A stretch of DNA of 64,000 nt, taken from assembly GCA_030390025.1 (NCBI GenBank), contig CM059432.1, forward strand, positions 76,448,001 through 76,512,000. Reading direction: 5' to 3'. The first letter of the stretch is position 1; the number at the start of each line of letters is the position of its first letter. Shown here piece by piece: positions 48,828 through 61,189 of this stretch. This DNA is from Squalus acanthias. Its lineage: Eukaryota. The notes beneath the pieces are model-generated. The model did not search any database. It was not told where the DNA came from and saw only the letters and a program-made list of their open reading frames with translations. The position numbers were made by a program, and so were the translations under genes.

Positions 48828-51800
48828 AATTGCATTCACCTGTTACATTGGCTGGAGGAAGATATGACACTAGCTCTTGGCAACTGGGTGCAGTGTGTCT
48901 GCCCCTTCAGAGTGGGTAGAACTTGATTCATTTTAACTGACAACAATTCATTATAGCACTCAAAACATCAATGCTGGTCACCAATCACAACAAGTTTTGC
49001 GTGTCCATAGCAAATCACTTTAATTTCATTATTTTAAAAGACAGTGTCTGTCCATCCCAGTCCAGGATATTGAAGTGACTCCTGGACTGTGTAATAGCTT
49101 AAGCAGTTTACAATGTAGCCTATGCAGAATGAATGCTTTCCATTACTGAATATCCACAGGAAACAATATCACATAACATTATAAAGCTTCATAACAGAAA
49201 GAAGAATAGCAATAACAATACTAGGTTATTTGTGTGAATTCCTGTTGCAGCAGCTTCTGATCATTTTCTGTGCAATCAATGATTTTTGGTTTTATTGTAT
49301 TTTCTTTATTGTACAAAATTTGTCATTTCACATAGAAAGCAAATCAATTTTTACAGATATATGAAAGGATAAATATAAGTATTTCAAGAGCTATCACAGC
49401 TTCTTCAGTAGACATAGGGTTAAATTACAACAGAGGGCGATATCTAGAAGCAGCTAGAACGTGGGTTTCAGATCAGTATTAATAGATGCCACATTCATCC
49501 CCAGTGTAAGGAGTTCTTTCACACTTTTCTTAAACCATTTATAGACTGTGTTATCATCTCAGTACCACAGCATAATAAAGACCAGCGTCAGTTCTTAGTA
49601 CTGCTTCCAATTTAAAATTGACCATTAGGAGGTACAGTATTTGGCAAAGGTAATAGCCTATCTCCTCAGTCACAGCATTCTCTGTACAAATATAAAGACT
49701 GGTCTTCAGTACAATATGACATGGAGTTTAACAGCAGTCTTAGTGAATCTCAGTGGAGTTTAAATCATTGGATTTGATCATCCATAGTTAAACCCTCAAG
49801 AAACAAATAAAAAAAGAGAAAGTAAACCTTTCCTCTTACTATGTTGCATGGGAATTAATTGAAATACCTGACTTTGCTATATTATTTGTTTTGGTGCAAA
49901 AATACATTCATAATCCACAAAAGGCTGTGAATATTCTGTAGCTATTTACAATTCTGGGTAAAGATATACAATTTGAACATTATCTTGTACTTTGACTTCT
50001 TTTTAATACAGTGGTGTCAACATGATAACATAGTCGATCAGTAGTTTAAAAAAAGTGTTAAAATACTCCTTACACTCTGAATAACTACAGCTTCTATTAA
50101 TATAAATGTGAAAACACCATTCTTGCTGCTCCTTTAACCCTTTAGATACTGAAGGAGCCACTTCATGTTTTCAAAATACCTATTTCCCTTCCTATATCTT
50201 CCGTAACATTTGCAATAATGAATTATGTAAAATGAGAATGATCCAGAAACAAAGAGCATTACTTAATTCATAATATTCACAGAATAAAGTAAAATATTTT
50301 GTGTTTGCTATGTTCTGGGATTTTGCTGCTGAAATACTATTGGAGTTAGGAAAATAATTACATTTTTGACAATGATACAAATTGTTCCTGTCTTTGAATT
50401 TTGAACCAGGGATTTCAGTATTTTATATACAAAGAAACTCCTGCTCATTGATTGTGTGTGCCCTCATTCTCCATTTCACTTCACAATCACTGACTTAAGC
50501 TGGCTTACGTCTGATTCATTTCTGTAGAAGGTGTTTGCTGCCCATAGGCTTCTACCTGTAATAGTAATAACATAAAGCAAATAATTATTCTTTTATCCCA
50601 ATACAAGGACTTCCAGTTCAGTATATTTTTGAATCTCTGTGCTCTTATCCTAAAAAGATAATTTTTGACACTGATGTTTGTGTTAAAATAATTTATGGCT
50701 TGATATGCCTAGGCTTTGCTAGTAAAAAGCACTTACACCTTTATTGTTGTTGGTGCAGAATAAAATGCAAACATATTTCTTCGCTGCCCTTTGTTCCTAA
50801 CCATTGTATTTCAACTGATCGATACGGTGACATTATGGACTTGCTATTGAAAAACAGGTACCCTGCAGTTCTGATGGGATTTTTTCCCCTCTAAAATAAA
50901 TGAACATCACCAGGAAACCACAGAAAGATAATAGATGATGAAAAGAAGCATAAGCCACCATATTAGTTAATTTCTGTACCTTAAAAACAAATCAGTATTT
51001 TACAACAAATATTTTATGAATGAAATGATCTTAAAAATCATCAGGTATCAGTACTGTTTTTAACCATGTTTAATTTGGGGAAATTGCTGACAACCATTTT
51101 TAGAGAGACAACTTCAATTAATTAGTCATTTTATAAAAGAAACCAAATAAGTCTACTGGTATGGGCAGGGCCAGATGCTACTTTAAATATTGCAGTGAAG
51201 CCTTTGTCAGCCATTTTGAATGCTCTAGACAATGCAAAGAATTATAAACAGCAAGTCTGTCAAATTTAATAGTACAGGCATGGCTGACAGCCATTATGAG
51301 CATGTCAGTGGCAGTTTTAGGCTCTGTATAAAGAATTCCACTGAGGAAATAAAATGGGGGATAAAATCTAAACAGTAAGGCTAATTTTCTTTCTCTTCTG
51401 GTAGACTGTGGGAAATATGGGAAAATAAGGAGATGAAGAAAAGTGGATACAATTTGAGCACACATAAGTGTTATATATTTTGTTATTCTGCCACAATCAA
51501 ATAAAAGTTGTTGAACAACAATATTATTTCTGATGTTATAGGAGTTTCCTCACAATATCATATTGTTGCTCTACTCAGTATTTCGACACAATTAATAGGA
51601 ACTTTTTATTTCTTTATTCTTTGCCTTGCTCTTTAATTCTCCCCGTGTTGCACATCATTCCCAACTAACAGAAAGCTGTTTCTAAAACTCTTCCAGTGCT
51701 ACTCTTGAGCTGGCTGCCAGGAGATGCAGAGCGCAACTTAGATGATTCAGCCTCTGATTTTCCCTCCTTTCCTATAGGCTGTACCTGACCTCCACTGTGG

Positions 51801-54800
51801 ATCTCTTACTGAAACGACCAGGATTATTAAATGTACATGTGTGAACATGAAAGTACAACCTAACACCTGATGGCATGATGAATGGAGCACTAATGCACCG
51901 CTTTAAAGTGACGTCATCTTCATGAAAGAAGTATGGGGAAAAGTTTCCTTGTTTACAAATACATGACATAAATTGTGTCAAACCACATTGTGTCACTTGA
52001 TATAATTATAGAATCATAGAAATGTCAGCAGAGAAGGATGCAAATTGTTCTTGTGCCAAAGCACACTGGAGCTATCTACTTCACTCCCACTTCTCCATAC
52101 TTTCCCCATGATGAAGATGCAGGGGTCTTCTCAAAATAAAAAAAATGTTTGCTAATCACTTTTTCATGAAGAAAATGTCTCTTTGAATATACTTATTGTA
52201 AATTTACATGCAAACCACTTTGTAGCTGAGCACTCAATGGGGAGTTGTAAAATTTAACATTTATTCTACTTATATATAAGATCATTTATGGATTATGGCA
52301 TGATTTTTTTTAATTGAATGAACTGTTTCTCATTCCTAATACCATTTTCTGTATGTCAAAGCATCCCACACTTATGTACACTTCTAATATATTTACCTAG
52401 CTGGTATTTTCTAATGAAACATTTATATTTGAAAGCAGCCGATTTTAAAATACTGCAATCGAGAATAAACTTATCTTATTGAGAGGAGGAGAAATGTGAA
52501 TCAATCATGAAGCCATGTCTGTAAAATGGTTAATTATGCAGCTGTGTGATGAGATCACAGGGACTGAATGGGGCCCTTTGTTTATATGTACTGGGTGAAT
52601 AAATATCAAAAATGAAATCCAACCAGTTTCCTCTGAAAATCTATTTAAATTGCCTCCATTAAAGTTGAAAATATTTCTATAGGAAGTACTAATTCTCAAA
52701 TATATTTAAAAAATTCTAGAATGTTGTAGCTGTAACTCAAAGTTGCAACATATCAGACAAAAAAAAGGCATCGAGGTTAAAATCTCTGTTCTCGCAGACT
52801 TTATTTTTTAAAACAATCTTGAAAATGCAGCTTGTCATGGCTGAGTAATATTTAAAAATTTCTCCCACACAAATGGTAATTTATTCCCCAAATTTTTCTG
52901 GCACTTTAATAAAATAAATGTTAAGACAGGATTTAAGTCTCCCTCTAATCCATGTGACATTTGTCTTAACAAGAAGTAAAAAAGGAAAAAAGTGGGTTAT
53001 GGGTCTAATGGCAAGTGACAGATGTAATCTAACTTTCTGTTGTCCCCCTTCTGTTGTGGAGGAAATAGCTGAAGATTTGGAGAAAGGAAAATATTAAAGA
53101 TGCACGAGTGTATCCTTGCAGCAAAGATTCGGGCAAATTCAGAGAGGATTACCATGCTGCCTTCTGTGCCTCTCCTGCATTTGTAAACAAACCAAGGGCT
53201 TTTTGACCAAAACAAAGATTAGAGTCCTTAATCGGCCTAAGAGTTTGCATGGAAATAACCTTCAGCACTGGGGTGGATGGTGGAGTGGGGGTTGGGGGAT
53301 GGGGCAAGTTGCATTAACATCTGATTTACTGCAGTACCATAAAGCTGAATGCACACACTGGGCTATGTCATTTCCAATTATTAAGAGGAGAGATTAAGTG
53401 CCTTGTCAGCTTTTTCAACCCTGCAGCAAGAACAAAGCTTTTACCAATCAGGTGAAACTGCTGCAGTTCTGTCTTCTATGGTAGAATGGTGCACTGTGCA
53501 CAGGCGCACTGCTTGCTGTTCCACAAAACACAAGGTGGAGAGTAAGGGTGTGTCAATGTGTCACAAAAAGGGAGGTGAATACCACATCTGAAATAATGTG
53601 GTAAACTGCTATGGTACTGTAAGTACTGGTACAAAAAAATAGATTTGAGCGGTCCTGCCGCATTGCACTCTGTGTACTGCACTCCACTAAGTCAATGGAT
53701 CAGACCATTCGCAAGTAGTGCAGGGGTTGTGCTACAAAATCTGGCCTAGTCACTGAAACCACATTGTTAACATTGTGGGTAAAGATCTCTAGAAATGACT
53801 TTTAAAATCATCATTTATATATTAATATTTTTTAATAATAAACATTCCATACATTCTCAGCTTCATGCTTCCTATTTTCTTGATAAATTACTTTATTATG
53901 ACTATGTTTGGCTTCCAGTCACAGTATGACATTGCTTTAATGTAAAATCATAATTTTATGCATAAGATTTGAGTTAAAATATGCAAAGCATGGTCTTATA
54001 AAGTAGGAAATACTGAAGCATCTGTAGAGTTACACCTTATAATACAAGCAATATATATGAGAACTTTAAGATTATAATCAGACATAAGCAAGTAATTTAG
54101 ATCCTTCTGCGAGTAAAACAAGCCATTAATATATTTCCATTACTTCTCTGAATGTGATTTCTAATTAAGGACTAACAAAAATATCTAAGCTTGCATTAGA
54201 AAGTTAAAATACTTGCATATGCTGGAAATTGCCTTATTAATATTCTCAATCAATGATCTCTTTGTTACTTAATGGTAACTGCATCTCCTTAACATACAAG
54301 AACATTGGCACCACAATTACAGATACTGGTAGTTTTGTATAATGAAAGCAGAGATGTGACTGATAATGAGTGTACATTTCCACTTGACATTGAGCTGCAA
54401 AGGATTTCATGGTATTGGCTGAACTGTATTAAATCAATGGGTGCATCAGAAGCAATACTATTTGCTGTTATTAGATATCTAGTCCCACAGCACAACCAAA
54501 TTAATGAGCATTCATACTTGAGGTAGAGCTGTAGGAAATGCTTTATTATTTAACTAAGGTTTTTGCTTTTTGTTTTAAGAATGAAGTTAAATCCAATTAA
54601 GTTGCATGCAAATGTCAAGCTTGTAAATATCAAATATCAGGGTGGAAATAGTTAAATACACGTGATTTTGCCGGCACTCAGAGGGCGGGTTTGGAGGCGG
54701 GTCAGAGGTTAAATTTGTTTTGATTGACGGCGGGTTCCGAACCTGCCGTCATCCCGCCTCCAAGCAACTTTGCAAAGTGTCGGGTCTAGGAGTCCCGATC

Positions 54801-55196
54801 GGAGCCGCCACCAAGCGGCGGGAGAGTCACTTAAGGCAGTTAACAGCTTGTTAACTGCCTACATAATCCCTTTTTACCAGGCTCTTCCCATTTTACGACA
54901 TTTTCAGCGTGTCCCACGCCGTTCGCAAAACACGCCAGCTGATTGCGCCGGGTTCAGCAACTACCTGAATTCTTGACAGCTGCACCTGCAGCATAAAAGT
55001 GGACCTGTAACATGGCTGACTTTCAGATGGCAGAACTTTGTGTTTTGAGGTGTTGGAACACATTTTGCAGGTCTATTGAGCTTGTAAGTGGTTAAGTTGA
55101 GAGCCATATGCACTGTGACCTCCTTGGAAAACCCTCTCCCCACATTGACTGAGTGCTTATAACATCTATTCCTCAACTGAGATATATACCAGCGGA

Positions 55197-56400
55197 ATGG
55201 GAACCATTTATACCCTCTCATCCTGGCCCTGAGAATCAGAGGAAGAGCAGCCGTGGCAGCAGCAGAACCGGGCATGACAGCTGCAGCAACAACAGGAGCG
55301 CCAACCTCCTCCTCAGCCACCTGATGGTGCACAGGGCAGAGGGCACCAGCACAGTGCTGCACCTCGCCGCATGAGATACCCCCAACACAAGGTTTACAGG
55401 CAGAGGAGGAGCTTCCTCAACATGAGTGAGCAACAGTGCCAAAGGAGGCTGAGACTTTCGCGAAAGGTAGTCGCTGACATCTGCGCAGTGCTGCACCGAC
55501 ACCTGGAGCCCAGAGGAGCGGGTGGACACTCCTTACCAGTGGCTGTCAAAGTCACCACCGCCCACATTTTTTTGCTTCAGGGTCCTTCCAGGGATCATCA
55601 GCGGACATCAGCGGCATCTCCCAGTCGGCCGCACACTTGCATCACGCAGGTTAACGACGCCCTCTTTGCAAAGCCGCAATTACATCCACTTCTCCATGGA
55701 TGAAGCAAGTGTAACCGTGCATGCGGTTGGCTTTGCAAATATGGCCGGCTTGCCAAGGGTGCAGGGCGTCGTAGACTGCACCCGTGGCTATTAGGACACC
55801 CCATCACAACCCAGCTGTATTTGTGAACCGCAAGGGATTCCACTCCCTTAACATCCAGCTGGTGTGTAACCACAGGAAGAACATTATGCATGTTTGCGCC
55901 AATTCCCTGGCAGTTGCCATGACTCGTTCATCCTGCGGCAGTCTACTGTGCCTCAGCTCTTCAATCCGCCAACCCAACTTTCCAGATGACTGCTTGGAGA
56001 CAAGGGCTATCCCCCGAAGACATGGCTAATGACACCGATGAGGAATCCATCAAATAAAGCTGAGGAGCGCTACAATGCCAGCCACAATTCCACCAGAGGC
56101 ATCATCGAGCAAACCATCGGCTTGCTCAAAATGCAATTCAGATGCCTCAACAGATCAGGTGGAGCCCTACAATACTCACCAGCCAAGGTCTCCAGAATTG
56201 TCATGGTCTGCTGTGCCCTGCACAACATCGCACAGCAGCATGGCTTACCACTGCCTGAGGAACAAGTGGCTCAGTGCAGAGCCTCCTCGGAAGAGGAGGA
56301 GGAAGACCTTGCGGAGGCGGATGTGCCAGTTCCACCAGCACACGAGCACATTGCTGGCCGTGAGGCAAGGGATGCACTAATCCATGCCAGATTCGCTTAA
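55197..56400 (+). pseudogene. Harbinger (HARBI1-like) transposase pseudogene
   Basis: [110 protein letters not shown] residues are present but there are several TGA stops and frameshifts. Confidence 0.93.
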
Positions 56401-56988
56401 GTTTAAGAAGCAAACACATGTGGCTGCCACCTTCTTAACACACCATACACCATCTGTACAATAAACTGTGGGTTCCTATCACTCTCACCACCATCATTAC
56501 AGATGAAAGGCGCCCTGACCCCTCACTGTGACACTTCCATTTCTGGGCACACATAGGCCAACTCTTTGAATGTTTGCCATCGCATTTCTTTATTACAATT
56601 GAAATGATGATTATAATCTTCAAATTGTATTACAGGAAACTCTCATTTAAACGGCACCTAAATATCCGGAATGCTCTATTAACCAGCAAAATTCATACTC
56701 CCAAAACTCCTCCCCAATAACCGGCAATGTTGCCGAGTCCAAGTCTCCCGCGAACGCTGAGTTAGTCAGTGGGGGTAGTTCTCCAAAGTGCCACTACTTG
56801 GCTTCCCGGCGCTGTCGGAAGTCCGAACACCGCAATAACAGGAGTCTGATTCTCCCGCGCTGCCGGTAGTCTCTTCTGATCCGCCATTTTACTGTGTGTC
56901 TCCCGCGCTGCTGGTAGTCTCTTCCGATCCACCATTTTTCTATGTGTCTCTCCATCTTTATCGTGAATTATCTCCCCCATCTTGCATT

Positions 56989-59057
56989 ATGGAATTCCCA
57001 AAAGCTGGTCCAAGCAAAAGGAAGAGAGTGGTGTTAACTTTAAAACAGGAAATCGAGATATGCCAATGACTAGAAAGGGGAGAGAAGCGTATCAACATTA
57101 TGAATGAATTCAAAATCGGTTCGTCAAACAATTTACGACATCAAATCGCAGAAGGATAAGCTGCTAAAGTTTTATTCAAGCTCGGTGACATCTAAGAGTG
57201 TAGAGAAATGGCGTACGCTTCGTAAGCCTAAGTTTGAAGAGCTGGATACCGTGCTTTATGAGTGGTTTTCTCTTAAGCGTTCAGAGGGTGTTCCACTTTC
57301 CGGACCCATGCTAATCGAGGAAGCGAAGGATTTCTACGAAAGGATGGAGCTCACTGACAAGTGTGCTTTCTCCGAGGGATGGCTAACGTGCTTCAAGTTA
57401 CGGCACGGGATACGACGACTCGATATTTCCAGGGAGAAGAAATCAGCTGATCACGACGCCGCAGAAGAATACTGTGATTATTTCAATCGGATTGTGCAGC
57501 AACATGATTTGTCGCCAGCACAGATATATAATGCCGATGAAACTGGCTTATTTTGGATTTTTTTGCCAGAATCAACGCTTGCTGGGGCTAGTGAGGCTAA
57601 TGCTTCAGGTTACAAGAAAAATAAAGATCGTGTAAGCGTACTAACATGTGCGAACGCTGCTGGATCACACCGGGTTAAACTTCTTGTTATTGGGAAGTAT
57701 AAAAATCCCCGTGCATTTAAAAATGTGAGGCACTTACCTGTTGAGTACAAAGATCAAAAAAATGCTTGGATGGATAAGGAAATCTTCTCCGATTGGTTCC
57801 ATCATATTTTTGTTCCCTCTGTGAGGGAACATTCCGTAAAATAGGGAAACCTGAAGATAGCAAATGCATTTTATTGCTTGATAATTGTAGAGCCCATCCG
57901 CATGAATCCGAGTTGGTTTCGGGAAATATTTTCACCATTTATTTGCCACCAAATGTAACTTCTCTCATACAACCCATGGACCAGGGCGTTATCCAAAATC
58001 TGAAGTGTCATTACAAGAAAGACTTCCTACGTAAACTGATAAACCAAGATGACAATATTCACGCATTTCAGAAGGAATACAGTATTAAAGATGCCATATA
58101 TAATGTTGCATGTTCCTGGAACTCGGTGAAAGGTCACTCTGAGGCAAGCCTGCCGCAAATTGTGGCCTTCTGCAATGTTTGCTGAAGGTTCTTCTTTACA
58201 CAGAATTACACAGAATCCCCACAGTGCAGATAGAGGCCATTTCGGCCCATCGAGCCTGCACCGACACATATCCCACCCTATCCCCACGTATTTAATCCCC
58301 CTAACACTAAGGGTCAATTTATCATAGCCAAATCAACCTAACCCGCACATCTTTGCACTGTGGGAGGAAACTGGAGCACCCGGAGGAAACCCACGCAGAC
58401 ACGGGGAGAATGTGCAAACTCCACACAGACAGTCACCCGAGGCCGGATTCGAACCCAGGTCCCTGGCGCTGTGAGGCAACAGTGCTAACCACTATGCCAC
58501 CGTGTTGCCCAAAGAGGAGGAATTTCATGGGTTCAATCTTCGTCCCAAGAAGAGTACAATAATGGAAATGGCTGGCATGGTGAAAAATGTAGGCCCAGCA
58601 AACCCTCTACGTCACCTCAGTGAAAGTGATATCGAGCAGTGGGTTGATGCAGATGGAGAAGTTGGTGTTGTGCATATGCTAAGTGATGATGAAATAATTG
58701 AGAGTGTTTTGAATCCAAAGAAAGAAAAGGAAAGTGAGATGAAAAGTGAAGAGGATGAGATTTCTGAAGAGAAGAAGATTTCTTGGGCTAAAGCTGCAGA
58801 AGAATTTTCTTCAATCCTCCAATTTGCTGAAAGGCAGCCTTGCTACTCTGCCCAAGAAGTTATGCAACTCCATATTCTGCATTCCACGTTTCTACAGAAA
58901 AGGCAAGAGTCCACGAAGCAAACAGACATCCGGGACATGCTTAAGAAAGCTTCCAAGAGTCGAAGCAGCGGAAGTGCCTGAAGAATCTGTGGAAGTGCAT
59001 GATCCTGATGACCCAGCTGGCATGGATATTCCTGATAAACCAGCTGACTTGGAATAA
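56989..59057 (+). pseudogene. Tigger/Jerky-like transposase pseudogene (CENP-B-type HTH plus DDE_1, DD32D)
   Basis: [85 protein letters not shown], with 32 residues between D2 and D3. Disrupted by a stop, frameshifts and a SINE. Confidence 0.93.
58196..58510 (-). mobile_element. HE1-type V-SINE
   Basis: Minus strand: tRNA head gggcaacacggtggcatagtggttagcac...gggttcgaatcc, V-domain tgtgtggagtttgcacattctccccgtgtctgcgtgggtttcctccgggtgctcc, CR1-like tail gatgggccgaaatggcctc...attctgtgtaa. Confidence 0.92.
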
Positions 59058-59355
59058 GTGTACAGTCAACTACAGTACTGTATACAGTCATTTATAAGTT
59101 TCGTTTCACTGTTAAGTAATTAAAGAGTTATGGATTACCCTCAACTGGCAGTACTGTACTTAATCAAGCATCTTCCACCATCCATTTAACACAACATTCT
59201 GTAGGTGAGTTCCCAATCACTGTATACTGCACATTTCTTGATTTTTTTATTTTTGTTGGTTAAAAATAGCCTCGGTAGATAACCCTCTCCGTCATCCGGA
59301 ATTTTTATTCAACCGGCACCACCCCGGTCCCAGATACCAAAGAGTTTCCTGTACA

Positions 59356-61189
59356 TCAAAACACCCAAGTGACTACCCTTGTGACTATTTGTGTGTTAAC
59401 TTTTCTCTTACGCGTGCTTCCACGTGGTGCTTCCCCTGTGGCTTCAGCAGATGTGGAGGCACCTTGCTCACTTCTATGCTGTGCCTGCTTCGACACCTTT
59501 GGTGGGCGTCCTCTGGGTTTGGGAGCCTGTGAGGGCTTGGCAACAGTCTGCTCCTCCTGTGGCTGTGCAGGGGCTGAGACAGCCATCTCAGTTGGGTGCG
59601 GAATCTGGGGCTCTGACCGAGGGCTCCGCAGTGGCATGGGAGTGTGAGCGCTTGGAGAGGAGCCCACACTTCCTTGTTGTCGACCACCAACATCCCTCTC
59701 ATGGGTCACCCGCACTTCACTGCTAGCAAGTAGCTGGAGAGCACCATGCTGCACATCAGTGGGGCCATGAGGACCCGTCTCTGCACTGACAGTCCTAATA
59801 ACGGGGACGTCCATGTACCTCTGGTGTGTCTCCTCAATAGCTGTCCATCTATCCTCCATAGCAGACCATCTATTTAGAAAAGTCACCATGCTCTGTTGAG
59901 TCTGGCGACTTATGTCCTCCAAGGAGGTTGCCACCCTCTCCATGGTGGCACGTTCATGCGCCATTGCCTCCAACATGGCATTGCTTATGTTTGAGATGGA
60001 CTCCTCCATTCTCTGCACACTCGCAGTTACCGTGGATGCAAAACCTGTCAGAGACTCCGGCACTTGTTGCTGAAGTTCCAGCACCGCTCTCTTTCTGGAT
60101 GGCCTCAGAGGCACAGTGTCTACATGCAGCTGAGCAGAGCTGGGCGTGCCCTGTGGCCTCCGACGAGGACTCTCCACTGCTGTCCCTGTCTCCACCATCT
60201 GCTGATGCTCACTTGTGAGCTGTGATACACCAGGTGACAACACTAATCTATCTCGCGAATGACCCACCAAGGTGTGCGTCTCTGCGCCGGTGCTGTGTGC
60301 GCTCAATTCTGCTGACACTGCACCCTCAGAGGTTGCAGCTTCCTCTGAGCAGTCTTTCGGCTCTTCCTCCTGGACAGTGGGGAGGGGGGCTCTCGATGGT
60401 CCTGTGGGGGAGTAAAGGCATGAGTTAGACATGTGATATTAACATAGCAGGCACATCGAATTGTGCAGATGATCAGAATTCAATCTGTATGAACATCAGA
60501 TGCCATACCAGTCACTCATGCAATCTAAATGAGAGGGTTGCAAATCTATTCTGTCACCAACTTGCTCTACTGCGCCCGTCTGACCGTCCCCCACTTCCAG
60601 ATCCTCAGCATCTGCTACGATGTCTAGAGCAGCCTCCTCAGCGGTGGTCAAGTGGGCAATCGAAGGTGGCCTTCCTCCTGTCCTGGCCCTCTCCCTCTTA
60701 TTGTGGGCTCCCTTTTCCTGCAATGAGGGACACAAGTGGAGTTTGAGTGAGAATGTTGGACTGAGTGTAGAGAATCCATAACATAGATGCTTAGAGGGAG
60801 ACAAAGATGGAGGTGCCAATACCAAGGGCCCTCCCTGTGCGTTGTTAGTTGTTGTCATTGCATAACAGTGATAGCGAGTGTGAGGGTAGCATAGTAGAAT
60901 GGTGGAGTGAGTCTGTACATAGAGAGAGGGGGATGGTTAAGGGTGCAAGGGATGTAAGGGTAAAGTGGGATGTGCAGGAGTAGGTTAACAATGCAGAGTG
61001 TTGGTGATGAGAGGAGATGGGGAGCAGATTGAAGGTAAGTGTGATGTGATACTCACTTTTGCTGTGCGTAGCAGATCATTGAACCTTTTCCGGCACTGAA
61101 CCCTCTTGGCGCCCTCTCACTCCCTCCACAAGAGCATGGAGGGAGTCATCATCGAATCTGGGAGAAGCCTTGGGTCTTGAAGCAGTCAT
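59356..61189 (-). pseudogene. Harbinger Myb/SANT-like gene, three exons (61189-61057, 60717-60558, 60401-59356)
   Basis: Exon 1 MTASRPKASPRFDDDSLHALVEGVRGRQE/VQCRKRFNDLLRTAK|gtgagt (133 nt, frameshifting deletion). Exon 2 cag|EKGAHNKRERARTGGRPP..LTTAEEAAL|gtgaca. Exon 3 cag|, in phase and open for about 348 codons. Confidence 0.85.

Larger units (their letters stand above)
56633..59351 (+). mobile_element. Tigger/pogo DNA transposon, full-length
   Basis: TIR CAGGAAACTCT / AGAGTTTCCTG flanked by TA at 56631-56632 and 59352-59353. Confidence 0.93.

Noticed and set aside
55197..56400. Host HARBI1 gene
   Set aside because: Multiple stops and frameshifts, flanked by transposon ends and paired with a Myb-like gene: a transposon copy. 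The same applies to 11203-12330.
58440..58510. tRNA gene
   Set aside because: It is the tRNA-derived head of the HE1-type SINE.
56989..59057. Host JRK/JRKL/TIGD gene
   Set aside because: TIRs and TA TSD are intact, and the ORF is broken by a stop, frameshifts and a SINE.
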